Positions 1 to 13,705 of a DNA stretch of 64,000 bases are shown here, in pieces; the first letter of the stretch is position 1; the number at the start of each line of letters is the position of its first letter. Below the pieces are notes generated by a model, which ran no database searches, was not told the DNA's origin, and saw nothing but the letters and a program-made list of their open reading frames with translations. This DNA is from Eledone cirrhosa (taxonomy: Eukaryota): NCBI GenBank assembly GCA_964016885.1, contig OZ024756.1, forward strand, positions 27,838,001 through 27,902,000. Direction: 5' to 3'. The position numbers and the translations under genes were made by a program.

Positions 1-39
<39 letters not shown>

Positions 40-50
40 ATTTGTGTGTA

Positions 51-165
51 TCCCGGGTTCAATCGAGGGTAACCACGGTAAGTAAGGTACTCAATACATA
101 GCAGAGTATACATTTTTAATATAGAAATGGCTTTTACAGGACTAGAACTGTTTCATTCGAAGGAA
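51..165 (-). mobile_element. 3' remnant of a hammerhead-type (Penelope-like) short element
   Basis: Minus strand reads GAAAC-AGTTCTA-GTC (hammerhead 3' half) and is flanked by TA/TG tracts. The same terminus (CCCGGGTTCAATCG.GGGTAACCAC) recurs at 12778, joined to an inverted internal piece. Confidence 0.45.
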
Positions 166-166
166 A

Positions 167-207
<41 letters not shown>

Positions 208-340
208 TATGTATTTACCTAAGGGAAATAACTCGGTCTAAAATATGGATGTAACAAGTTTATGTCCCTTATAACTTTTTCCGTACATGTCACAGAAAAT
301 GAACTTGTTAAGTTTGTTGTTTGATGATTGTTTAGTATAG

Positions 341-547
341 CCCTTTAATGTTCAAACCGCCCAAAACCGGCCAGAATTCTCTACCTCTTTCTGTTGAAAC
401 TGGCTGTAACTGGTCGCTCAAACTGATGTTAAGGTATTGTTCTCAAAATAAATACTTTCAAAATCTCATAGATTCGATATTATGTGAGATAAAGCATTTA
501 CTATGAAAATATAATAGTATATATAGAGTAATGTGAATGCTAAAGGG
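341..547. mobile_element. piggyBac-like MITE (degenerate)
   Basis: Ends CCCTTTAATGTTCA / TGAATGCTAAAGGG. A second copy starts ttaaaCCCATTAGCATTCAAACCGG at about 10146 and is cut by a SINE at about 10285. Confidence 0.5.
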
Positions 548-854
548 ATAAGGTAAGCATGAAACTTCAAGTTACAATATGTTATCACCAACACGGACTG
601 TGTGTGTGTATGTATATATATATATCATCGTTTTTAAGCAGACGTAAAAGCATGTTATACGTGTGTATATATATACATATGTATATACACACATATATGT
701 AGATATATATACTCGTTAGATATCAGCAATAGAATTTACATCGCTTTTGGATTCTCCTAGGTGTGTATAAAGGATTGTAATTCATGCTAATGGGTTGCTA
801 TTGACGTTTAATACTCATGATGATGCTGTATAAGTGTGTGTGTGTATATATATA

Positions 855-1125
855 TTGTTATACTTTGGGGGAGTCATGTTGCCAATAAGAAACACACGCA
901 CCAGTTGCTTTCACTCCAATTTATTATAAATTAAAAAAACTTTTTCAAAAAAATAAAAAATTTTTTTTTTTTTTATAAATTTCCGGCTGGTTGGTTGGTT
1001 CCACAACCGGACGGTTGTTCATATATTGTCAAAGCTCTTTCGTCGCACATTCTGTGACCTCTTCAGTGACTGGGACTCTTTTCTTTGTTTTGTGCCTCTC
1101 CTGTCCTACGCCATCTTGTTTTTGT
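855..1125 (-). mobile_element. Short Penelope-like non-coding element carrying a hammerhead
   Basis: Homologous to 31505-31716 (+). It ends CCCAAAGTATAACAA into (TA)n and contains the hammerhead at 1028-1070. Confidence 0.65.
1028..1070 (-). ncRNA. Minimal type-I hammerhead ribozyme motif
   Basis: Minus strand: GUCA CUGAAGA G-GUCAC-AGAAU-GUGcGAC GAAA GAGC UU UGAC; stem I GUCA/UGAC. Confidence 0.7.
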
Positions 1126-1385
1126 GTGTGTGTATGTATATACAAATAATGAATCAAAACATCAGATATGTTACTCTCATGATTCTACCTGTGTACATAT
1201 TCTATAGAATATGTATTTGGTATATATACAATATACCATGTTTCTTATACGATATATGACTCTTTCTCTCTCTATATATATATCATTTTCATTATGTTTT
1301 ATATATATGTATATATATTCATTTTATTAAGGCTAAATAGTGAATCTTGCTCCTTTTTATCACAGGGCCATCAGACAAAAACTCA

Positions 1386-1435
1386 TCTTGTCTGATGGCC
1401 CTGTGATAAATAGGTGAAACTCCAGAGTAACAAGA
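1386..1435 (+). ncRNA. Type-I hammerhead ribozyme motif (CUGAUGG core variant)
   Basis: UCUUGU CUGAUGG cCCU..AGGu GAA ACUC-CA-GAGU A ACAAGA; 6-bp stem I and 4-bp stem III. Preceded by an inverted partial copy at about 1314-1378. Confidence 0.75.
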
Positions 1436-1520
1436 CTCACAATTGATCCTTAATAAAATGAATATTAAAACTTTACTTTGGTAATGATTACACTTTTCTC
1501 TCAGCTGTCAACCACATAAA

Positions 1521-1558
<38 letters not shown>

Positions 1559-1667
1559 TATGCAGAAAATACACATACAGAAAAATGCATTGATATCTCA
1601 TTTGTCAATGCAGTTAATGTGCACAAAATTGCAATGCCAGTGAGGTGACTGATGAGGTAATCATGGA

Positions 1668-2148
1668 TTATATATATGTATATATATATATGCATGTATA
1701 TGTATATATTACCCACTCTACTGCCCTAAGTATTGAGTACTCTGGTGCGTTATGGTCCATCTGGTTCCTTACCACAATTCCTTTGTTATGTATATATGTA
1801 TATATATATGCATGTATATATATATATGTGTATATATATGCATGTATATATATATATATATATATGCATGTATATATATATGCATGTATATATATATGCA
1901 TGTATATATATATGTATGTATATATATATATGTATGTATATATATATGTATATATATATATATGTATGTATGTATATATATATATATATGTATGTATATA
2001 TATATGTATGTATATATATATATGTATGTATATATATATATGTATGTATATATATATATGTATGTATGTATATATATATATGTATGTATATATATATATG
2101 TATGTATATATATATATGTATGTATGTATATATATATATATATGTATG

Positions 2149-2179
<31 letters not shown>

Positions 2180-2430
2180 GTATGTATATATATATATATG
2201 TATGTATATATATATATATATGCATGTATATATATATATATGCATGTATATATATATATATGTATGTATATATATATATATATATGCATGTATATATATA
2301 TATGCGTATATATATATATGCATGTATATATATATATATGCATGTATATATATATATATATATATGCATGTATATATATATATGCGTATATATATATATG
2401 CATGTATATATATATGTATATATATGTATG

Positions 2431-2461
<31 letters not shown>

Positions 2462-2588
2462 ATGCATGCATATATATATGTATATATTTGCATGTATATG
2501 CATGCATATATATATGTATATATTTGCATGTATATGCATGCATATATATATGTATATGCATGCATATATATATGTATGTATTTGCATG

Positions 2589-2622
<34 letters not shown>

Positions 2623-2674
2623 TGTATGTATATATATGTATATATATATATGTATGTATATATATATATGTATG

Positions 2675-2705
<31 letters not shown>

Positions 2706-2962
2706 ATATATATATATGTATATATATATGTATGTATATATATATATATATATATGTATGTATATATATATGTATATATATATATATATGTATGTATATA
2801 TATATGTATATATATGTATATATATATATATATGTATGTATATATATATGTATGTATATATATATGTATATGTATATATATATATGTATATGTATATATA
2901 TATATGTATATGTATATGTATATATATATATGTATATGTATATATATGTATATATGTATATG

Positions 2963-3009
<47 letters not shown>

Positions 3010-3324
3010 ATATATGTGTGTATATATATATGTGTGTATGTATGTATGTATATATATATGTATGTATATATATATGTATGTATATATATATGTATGTATA
3101 TATATATGTATGTATATATATATGTATGTATGTATATATATATGTATGTATATATATATGTATGTATATATATATATATGTATGTATATATATGTGTATA
3201 TATATATATGTATGTATATATATGTGTATATATATATATGTATGTATATATATGTGTATATATATATATGTATGTATATATATGTGTATATATATATATG
3301 TATATATATATATGTATTTATATG

Positions 3325-3357
<33 letters not shown>

Positions 3358-3947
3358 GTGTATATATGTATGTATATATGTGTATATATATATATGCATA
3401 TATATATATATATGCATGTATATATATATGTATGTATATATATATGTATGTGTATGTATGTATATATATATGTATGTATATGTATGTATATGTATATGTA
3501 TGTATATATATATGTATGTATATATATATGTATGTATATATATATGTATGTATATATATATATATGTATATATGTATGTATATATATATATATGTATGTA
3601 TGTATATATGTATGTATATATACATATGTATATATATATGTATGTATATATGTATGTATGTATATATGTATGTATATATACATATGTATATATATATGTA
3701 TGTATATATACATATGTATATATATATATGTATGTATATATACATATGTATATATACATATATGTATGTATATATATACATATATATACATATATATGTG
3801 TATATATATTTATATATACATATATATATGTATATATATACATATATATATGTATATATATATGTATATATATGTATATATATATGTATATATATACATA
3901 TATATATGTATATATATATATATACATATATATGTATATATATATAC

Positions 3948-3987
<40 letters not shown>

Positions 3988-4145
3988 GTACATATATATA
4001 TATATACATATATATATGTATATATATATATATACATATATATATATGTATATATATACATATATATATGTATATATATATATACATATATATATATGTA
4101 TATATATATATATACATATATATATATGTATATATATATATATAC

Positions 4146-4187
<42 letters not shown>

Positions 4188-4267
4188 GTATATATATATA
4201 TGTATATATATATATACATATATATATGTATATATATGTATATATATATATGTATATATATATATAC

Positions 4268-4307
<40 letters not shown>

Positions 4308-4747
4308 GTATATACATATATATATATGTATATATATATACATATATATATGTATATATATATATATATATACATATATATATGTATATACATATATATA
4401 TATGCATATATGTATGTATATATATACATATACATATATGTATGTATATATATACATATATGTATATATATACATATACATATATGTATGTATATATATA
4501 CATATACATATATGTATATATATACATATACATATATGTATGTATATATATACATATACATATATGTATATATATACATATATGTATATATATACATATA
4601 CATATATGTATATACATATATATATGTATATATATATATACATATATATATATATACACATATATATAGGTGTATATATATATATACATATATATAGGTA
4701 TATATATATATATATATATACATATAGGTATATATATACATATATAT

Positions 4748-4784
<37 letters not shown>

Positions 4785-4802
4785 GGTATATATATGTATA
4801 TA

Positions 4803-4844
<42 letters not shown>

Positions 4845-4940
4845 GGTATATATATGTATATATACATATACATATATATATACATATATATAGGTATATA
4901 TATGTATGTATGTATATATATAGATATATATATATACATA
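1668..4940. repeat. Compound (TA)n/(TATG)n/(TACA)n microsatellite, about 3.3 kb
   Basis: Direct reading; it produces the spurious YIYI ORFs. An 80-bp dispersed-element end lies at 1709-1790. Confidence 0.97.
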
Positions 4941-4941
4941 T

Positions 4942-5036
4942 GCAAAAGTTTTATTTAAAATTGTTGGGTTACAACAAGTAAATATTTTATAACTGATATA
5001 AAGCACTCGACAAGTTTTTGGAGTAGATAATATCGT
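4942..5036 (-). mobile_element. 3' end of the hammerhead-bearing element family seen at 16820-17082
   Basis: Reverse complement of about 16988-17082 (..GTAACCCAACAATTTTAAATAAAACTTTTGC), flanked by TA tracts. Confidence 0.75.
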
Positions 5037-5770
<734 letters not shown>

Positions 5771-5855
5771 AATAAGGAAAAGCGAAGTAGTTTCAGATGT
5801 TCAAGTCCTTTAATAAAGGACTTGAACATCTGAAACTACTTCACTTTTCCTTATT
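5771..5855. repeat. Near-perfect palindrome, arms about 40 bp
   Basis: AATAAGGAAAAGcGAAGTAGTTTCAGATGTTCAAGTCCTTTA / TAAAGGACTTGAACATCTGAAACTACTTCaCTTTTCCTTATT; the right arm continues to a (TA)n tail at about 5932. Confidence 0.9.
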
Positions 5856-6448
5856 CGATATTTACTCCGTCACTCCTATGTGGAAAATGTACGTTGAGTG
5901 CTTGAATTGAATTGCATCAATGTTTACCCTAATATATATATATATATATGAAAATTATTAATTATGGGCGCCCACATTCATATTTTCCACATATTATACC
6001 TATCTCACATAGTTTCCTATGGAAGACTTTCTTTTCATCTTGGTGAAAAATTTTTGCACCAAAAGACTTAATCACAATTACAATTGCTGATAGAAAGGTT
6101 TAGAGCAGCAACTCTATTCCTTCAAACAAGAAAATACTTGAAATAAAAACTATAGGGTATAAAGAAAGGAATCTGTGCCTTTCCATTTTTCTGTATAATT
6201 ATTTCTATATTTATTTTGTGTCTATTGCATGTGTGTGTCTAAACATTAACACCTTTGGATATAAGGGTTCCAGTGTAATAATTACTGATACACTACATTT
6301 GGTCCCACTAAACCTTTGGATTTTTATATTTTAACTCTTTCATGACCGCATTTCTAATGAAATACAATCTATTTTAATTAGTAATTGAAGAATTTCGAGG
6401 CATTTACTACAATTATTAATTATTTCATTACTCAGATAGTAATTTAAT

Positions 6449-6640
6449 AGGTGGCAAATTGGCTGAGTTGTTAAGACGTCGGATAGAATGCTTTATGGTA
6501 TTCGACAGGATTTGAAATCAGAGTGCGCAATGAGGTGGGCCTCATTGCGCACTCTGATTTCAAATCCTGCCGTGGTCAACTTTGCCTTTCATCCTTTCAA
6601 GGTCGATAAAAAAAAAGTACCAGTTCAGTACTGGGCTCGA
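6449..6640 (+). mobile_element. tRNA-type SINE (family A) with an internal 30-bp perfect fold-back
   Basis: Box-A/B-like head plus the shared core GTCAACTTTGCCTTTCATCCT..GGTCGATAAA..AGTACCAGT; hairpin arms at 6506-6535 and 6540-6569. Confidence 0.8.
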
Positions 6641-7303
6641 TTCTTCCTCTATAAAAAATCAACTATGTTCTAGACCTGGAGAGGGTTGGGCTCCACCAGG
6701 TTTAAAAGTGTCCTAGACATGCCGTATGACAATGCCTCTACAACTCCACAAGGAGTTATGGGATCTCCATCCTATCCTTATAGTAACTTAATGTAAGGTT
6801 TTTATATAAAATTGTGTTGGAAGATTTTTATTTGAAATGGGTGGTTTTATTTTATAGAACCAGAGCCGGTTCTGGCTGGGTTAGTTAACTAAAGGATGAA
6901 GGAGATTACAAAAAAAAAAAAAATAATAATAATACTCATTTATAACTGCTGTTCAAGACTTGAAGGATAGAATATATATGACTATACAATACATGGTCAT
7001 TAATGAAATTCAAATAATATTTCTTTGAAAATTGATTTAGAAGCTTTTTGCCATATTTTCACTACAGAAGATAGTCTAATACCAAGGCATACAAGACCCT
7101 GTAACAGAAAAAAATGGGCATCGGCATGTATGGGAATTGAACCCTCACCTCTTATTGTGTGGAAAAGTGTACTGGATCAGTTACCCTTACCTACCTAGGC
7201 TGGTGTAATCCAGACTTTATGAGGCGTGGGTTCGATTCCCACAAAAGCTCCCCCCCCCCCCCTCCCTCCATTATGAGGGCTTATACGTCCCATTATTAAA
7301 CCA

Positions 7304-7472
7304 CCATATTTCCTGGTGCCGAATACACTTTGTCCTTGAGGACGCACCCTAATTTTGACAACCAAAAATTTGAAAAAAAAATAATAAACAACCTTCGGCC
7401 TCCAGGATGCATGGTAAATTTTTTAGACTTATTTTAGGAAAAGTGTAGCATCTTCGATGCCGGGAAATATGG
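7304..7472. mobile_element. Tc1/mariner (pogo-type) MITE
   Basis: Terminal inverted repeats CCATATTTCCTGG / CCGGGAAATATGG followed by TA. Confidence 0.6.
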
Positions 7473-8435
7473 TAGTTTCTGTAGTCAATATAATGTAAAA
7501 AGCTTCTAATTCAAGTTTTAGCATTTCTTTATTCTCCATTTTCCTTGTTCTACTTTACCTACATCCCACAAAAATACTTGTGTGTGTGTGTGTTTGATTT
7601 GTTTGGGGGATGGGTGTATGTGTGGCTGTTATTTTTTTTTTTGCTTTAAAAGTCGAGAAAATAAAAAAAAAACAGAAATAGAAAACTTGATTCTCTCTTG
7701 ATATATTTATTTATTTGTTCTTTTTGTTGTTGTTGTATAAAGTGTTGATTTATTGACAGAAATATTTTCCAGAACCTTCCTTAATAAAATAAATTGTAAA
7801 AGTTATTTCTTATATTAGTACAAGGATATGTGTTTCTTGTATTTTTTATTTTATTTATTTTATTTATTTTTTGAGGAGTGTGGTGGTGTTATTGTGTGGG
7901 AGATGTTAACAGAATTTGTGAGAGCAGAGGTCAAAAGGCCTAGTTATTTTTGTTCTAGTTCTCTGTGCTCTGAGTTCAATGTTGCCTTTTGAAGTTGATA
8001 AAATACTCTCAGGACCTCCAATAATCTATCCCTCTCCTCCTGCTTATTAATTTTTCAGATTTTTTCCAAACTCCTCCTCACTGACATTTATTAAATTTTG
8101 TTAATCTATCTCTGGCAAAATTTTATTTTATGTGGTAGCATTCCTGTAATAATTAATTTTCTTTAGACATTAAAAAAAACATTATACATGACAAAAAAAA
8201 GTACATTAAAAGAAATCCTATGTTTTAAAATACATAGGATGGGTTGAGGTTTCAATATGCAAGCTAAACAACTAATTCTAATTTTTAAAATCATCAACCT
8301 AGAAAAATTACCGATTCCATGCCTCACTTATTCCAACACCCCCACATTCCACCCCACCCTCCACTTATTACAACCCCACCTACCATTTTTCAGCTTAACT
8401 CTAAAACTCAGAATGCAAAAATCTTCACTGTTCTT

Positions 8436-8835
8436 CGGTGGCAAACTCCTCATCTGGGATGCCACTTGCAGCGACACTTTCTCCAGCCACAACGTGGTGC
8501 AGTTTGCGACTAACCCAGGTTCTGGTGTACTTCAGGCTGAGGAGGGCAAACTCCCCAAATACCAGTCGCTCTCCGACAGGTTTCAGTCGTACCTTGGCCC
8601 TTCTCACCACCTTAGGTGCTGAGCTGGTTAGACACAGGTCTAAGCATCGCGAGATGGAATGGCTCTTCCAGCGTATCTCCCTTACCATCCTCCCTGGAAA
8701 CGCCTTCTCCATTCTGACTGCCATGCATGTGGGGCGGCCAGCACGTTGGACCCCATTTGCTCATAATAGTGAGACATGGGGAGGGCGAGAGAGATGGAGG
8801 CGATGACAGCGGGAGTTCGGCTCTTCCATGTGCTA
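8436..8835 (+). mobile_element. Non-LTR retrotransposon 3' fragment with restriction-like endonuclease (CRE-clade-like), degenerate
   Basis: GKLLIWDATCSDTF..AEEGKLPKYQSL and, in another frame, EMEWLFQRISLTILPGNAFSIL, followed by a 3'UTR shared with the other copies. Confidence 0.75.
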
Positions 8836-9074
8836 GATTATTATAAAGTATGGCATGGCCATAGATGGAATGCTTTATTTATTAAGTTATGCAGCTGTCA
8901 CTGACAGTCCCTCTAGGAGAAGGTTCCAATCCAATGCAGGGCCTTCTCACTTCTGTTGGAGTGAGAAGGCCCTGCATATGACCTCCAATGCTTTGTTTGG
9001 GCTTGGTCATGTCAGGGGTGTAGTCGTACTCACCAAGCTAGGCCAATTGCAGTTTAGTGATGATATTTAACCTA

Positions 9075-9250
9075 CAGTTGGGGTGGATGGCTGTTGACTC
9101 TGGGGAGTTCATCCACCCTTTTATCCTCTTATCCTCCCCGCCAGTCCAGGGTCAGGTGGTGGGGGGAGCCGGTTTCGTCATCTACCGTTCAACCATGAGG
9201 CAAAGTAGGTTGTATTGGGTTATATGGTACCAGTAGCAGGCAGAAGGTTA
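9075..9250 (-). mobile_element. 5' leader of an RTE-related element (divergent subfamily)
   Basis: Minus strand has TGCTACTGGTA..CCAATACAACCT, CATGGT, GACGAAAC and AGAGTCAACAGCCATCC, the same ordered motifs as at 40795 and 41430. Confidence 0.65.
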
Positions 9251-9319
9251 GACATACATAATTAACGTGCACTAAGCTGAATTGCATCCATTCTGATAAT
9301 GATTTCTTTAGTTTAATTA

Positions 9320-9387
9320 GGTTCCAACGAGTTTCGAACTCACGACCTTCTGCGTGTAAAGCTGATGTGATACTACAGCATGGAACC
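9320..9387 (-). pseudogene. tRNA-Val(UAC) pseudogene
   Basis: Minus strand GGTTCCATGCTGTAGTATCACATCAGCTTTACACGCAGAAGGTCGTGAGTTCGAAACTCGTTGGAACC has an acceptor stem, TAC anticodon and T-loop, but the D-loop GG is deleted. Confidence 0.8.
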
Positions 9388-10035
9388 ACACAATCCATTC
9401 TGATTGCCTCCCTTTAAATTGTTATCTTTCTGAGTTATCTACCTTGTTCCTTCTACACATGCATATATTCTATAATTCTTTATAGGGCAGATATCTACGC
9501 TATAATAGTAGATGAATCACTACCTCCTTATAGACAACTGACGCTGTACACCAGGTCCGAACACAGAAAAGCCGAACTCCCACTGTCATCGCCTCCATCT
9601 CTCTCTGTTATGAGCAGATCTCAGGCTGCTTTGAAATATCTGCTGTTACTTATAAAAGAAAAGTTTACTAATTCATTGTAGATGTAACTACAAATTGGTC
9701 AAACATACAGAAAAATAAAGCAGTATTGGAAAGGACTATAAATGCCATAAATGAGAGGAAGAGTAAGGATTATTAGACAAAGGAAGAAAGAAAGAGAGAA
9801 GGGGAGAGAGAGTGATAGACTCGACACTTAGGTCAGAGCGATGTTTCATCTGCGGACAATGGCCAGCAACAGCCACACCACCTGGTGAGGCTCCTTCCTC
9901 AGACGGGCTGCCATCGATCTGATTTTACGGAGGTGGTCAGCTGTCTAAACTCTGCGCTCTGAGTTCGAATTTCATCAAAACCAAATTTCCCTTTCATCCC
10001 TCCAGAGTCAATAAATAAAGCTGGGTGGGGGCGGC

Positions 10036-10074
<39 letters not shown>

Positions 10075-10284
10075 TCCTAACGTCACACGGAACCAGTTCC
10101 GTGTAGGGTTTCATAAAAGAACATTCATATTCTGCTTCCCTTAAACCCATTAGCATTCAAACCGGCCAGGATTCTTTCACCTGTTTCTGTTCAAAACCGG
10201 ACATAACTGGCCACTCATAATGATGTTAAGGTATTGTTCTCAAAATAAATAACAACAGACTCTCATAGATTCAATATTATGCGA

Positions 10285-10460
10285 GGGCGGTGGATTGGCA
10301 GTATCGGTAGAGGGTCGGACTCCATGCTTTGTAGCATGGAGTTACGGCCTTTTATGATCTGAGTTCAAATCCCGCCGAGGTTAACTTTGCCTTTCATCCT
10401 TACGGGGGTCGATAAAATAAAGTACCAGTCACGCACTGGGGTCGATTTAATCGACTTGCA
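10285..10460 (+). mobile_element. tRNA-type SINE (family A)
   Basis: GGGCGGTGGATTGGCAGTATCGGTAGAG..GAGTTCAAATCCCGCCGAGGTTAACTTTGCCTTTCATCC. Other copies not listed separately: about 9930-10020, 12840-13065, 17570-17658, 26641-26747, 33348-33572, 46425-46531, 47205-47270 and 51571-51760. Confidence 0.85.
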
Positions 10461-10479
10461 GTATCAATAGAACGTCGGA

Positions 10480-10514
10480 CATATATATACATACATACAT
10501 ATATATATAGATAC

Positions 10515-10545
<31 letters not shown>

Positions 10546-10731
10546 CATACATAACTATATATATACATATATATATACATACATAACTATATATATACAT
10601 ATATATATATACACACATATATACATATATATATACAAACATATATACATACATACATATATATATAGATACATATATACATATATATATTTACATACAT
10701 ATATATATAGATACATATATACATATATATA

Positions 10732-10767
<36 letters not shown>

Positions 10768-10816
10768 TACATACATAACTATATATATACATATATATAT
10801 ATACACACATATATAC

Positions 10817-10862
<46 letters not shown>

Positions 10863-10961
10863 ACATATATACATATATAAACATATATACATACATATAT
10901 ATATATATAAACATATATACATATATATATATATATAGAGAGAAAGACACACACACACACA

Positions 10962-11008
<47 letters not shown>

Positions 11009-11812
11009 TAATATTTAGTTATCAGGTGCAGTGTATTTTAGGTCCTTCAATAAAATGTCCACCTATTGTTTATTAAAGTAGTTGGCCGTCCCCTGCCGAT
11101 GTTTATCATAATCCCCTTTCGCCGGGAACTATCTATCCCTTTTCCTAGTCACCGGCCCTGACCGCCTATTCAACTATAATACATGATAAACGGATCTCAT
11201 GTACACACCTCCCATAATTTTCTTTGTGTGTATATATGTATGTATGTGTAGGTATGTATGTATGTATGGATGAAGGTATATATGTATGTATGTATGTATA
11301 TATGTATGTGTATGTATGTATGTATGTATGTGCAGGTATGTATGTATGAAGGTATGTATGTAAGTATGAAGGTATGTATGTATGTATGTATGGATGAAGG
11401 TATATATGTATGTATGTATCTATGTGTGAAGGTATGTATGTATGTGTAGGTATGTATGTATGAAGGTATGTATGTAAGTATGAAGGTATGTATGGATGAA
11501 GGTATATATGTATGTATGTATGTATATATGTATGTGTATGTATGTATGTATGTATGTATGTATGTGCAGGTATGTATGTATGAAGGTATGTATGTAAGTA
11601 TGAATGTATATATGTATGTATGTATCTATGTGTGAAGGTATGTATGTGAAGGTATGTATGTATGTATATATGTATGTGTATGTATGTATGTATGAAGGTA
11701 TGTATGTAAGTATGAAGGTATGGATGAAGGTATATATGTATGTATGTATCTATGTGTGAAGGTATGTATGTATGTATGAAGGTAGGTATGTATGTGAAGG
11801 TATGTATGTATG

Positions 11813-11846
<34 letters not shown>

Positions 11847-11880
11847 TGTATGTATGTATGTATGAAGGTATGTATGTATG
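10480..11880. repeat. (TA/TACA)n tract (10480-11005) and GAAG-interrupted (TATG)n tract (11225-11880)
   Basis: Direct reading. Confidence 0.93.
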
Positions 11881-12566
11881 TTCTTCTGGTTTTATAATTT
11901 CACAAATTTTTGCCAATAGAGAAAGAGTCGGTTTCTAACATAGACACAAGACTCTCTCATTGGATTCACTGCGATACTGCTGAGTGATTTCCTTGGTTGT
12001 GAATTTTTGATTATCACACAGGGAATATCTTTCGAGGAGTTCCTTGCCAACTCTCATGATCTTATCTATTTCATGCAGATAGACTTGTTCGAGAGACGGG
12101 CTCCTACGCTTCGAGGTTCGTAGATGTTGTCGGAGGGATATGATGTGACATTCAAATGCTGTCTGGACTGATGTTAGACCTCTTCCTCCCTGCTTACGTT
12201 TCAAGTAAAAGCGGTCTATATCACTGTTGATGTGGAAGTTTCCGGTGTTTTTCAGTATTTTTCGAGTTCCAACATCAACTGCTCAGATTTCGTCTATCGT
12301 CCAATTGAGTATTCCAAACGTTGGTGTTAGGACAGGCACAGCAAACACATTGTGAGTCACTGTTTTGTTGTGCGCAGAGAGTTCCGATGACCATATTTTT
12401 CTTAATCGGGTGTAGTATTCCCTGGTTACGCGTTCCTTATTACAGATACCATTATAGGATATGTTTTCATCTATCCCCAGGTATCTGTAGCAGTCCTCAT
12501 CAGATATTGGTGAAACAGTTAGGTCATTGATGACAATGTTGCTAGATTGGATTTGAGACTGTTGTA
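11881..12566 (-). mobile_element. R4/Dong-like non-LTR retrotransposon fragment (RT C-terminal region fused to the 3' end)
   Basis: Minus-strand translation ..NVFAVPVLTPTFGILNWTIDEI*AVDVGTRKILKNTGNFHINSDIDRFYLKRKQGGRGL..; the last ~85 bp match 18505-18588; (TATG)n on both sides. Confidence 0.8.
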
Positions 12567-12648
12567 TGTATGTATGTATGTATGTATGTGAAGGTATGTA
12601 TCTATCTATGAAGGTATGTATGTATGAATGTATGTAGTTGACAGTATG

Positions 12649-12772
<124 letters not shown>

Positions 12773-13255
12773 TTTATCCCGGGTTCAATCGGGGGTAACC
12801 ACATGTATTGAGTACCTTACTATTATTAGCTGGCTGAATAGGTGGTGGATTGGCAGTATCGGTAGAACAGCGGACACCATGCTTTGCGGCATAGAGTTAC
12901 GGCCCTTTACATTCCGAGATCAAATCACGCTTTCGTTAGCTTTGACTTTCAGCCTCACAGGGTCGATAAAATAACGTACAGTAATGCACTGGGGGATCAA
13001 TTCCCCCCCCCCCCCCTCCCTTCCCTTCAAATTGCTGGCCTTGTGCGTAAATCAGAAAGTATTATTGCCATATTTATTGTTTGAACTGTCATTTATCGCT
13101 TTTCATCTGGCATTTAGTTACTTTTATTAATACTTGGCGATGATGTTGTTATATATATGTCAGACCTTGATCGAGGAAGCCGCTGATCAAAGGCATTCTG
13201 TCTGCTCCTACCTCCTCACAATCTCTCTCTCTCTCTCTCTCGGTCTGTCTGTCTG

Positions 13256-13287
<32 letters not shown>

Positions 13288-13300
13288 CCTCTCTCTCTCG

Positions 13301-13337
<37 letters not shown>

Positions 13338-13494
13338 CTCTCTCCTCTCTCACTCTCTTCCTCCCCCTCTCCCTTCTCGTTAACCATAGCAATGCTTGCT
13401 GTGTACATTTGTTGCAGATTTTACCCCGGACTACGCACCCTAATGTTTTCCTTACACACACACACACTAGCGCGCGCACACACATATACATCTT

Positions 13495-13705
13495 GCACGG
13501 GGTCTACCCCAGGCAAGACATTCTAACTACATGTCCGTAATAATATCGGAGCTGTGATCTCTCAATTCGGAGAAGTAGCGGCTTTACCTGGAGTGACTCT
13601 GATCTTCGAGCTAGGCACTCTATCGAGTAACTTTACTCCGAAGACCCTTCGGCGGAACTCCATTTCAGCCGCTTGTATTTGCGGCCGTATTCTTTTAGTC
13701 ATGAG
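13495..13705 (-). mobile_element. RTE-clade LINE fragment
   Basis: Minus strand IQAAEMEFRRRVFGVKLLDRV..QLRYYGHVVRM; homologous to 21680-21800. Confidence 0.75.

Noticed and set aside
9320-9387. Functional tRNA-Val gene
   Set aside because: The D-loop/A-box is deleted and stems have mismatches; called a pseudogene.
9825-9905. Minus-strand CUGAGGA ... GAAACAUC as a hammerhead
   Set aside because: No convincing stem I or stem II.
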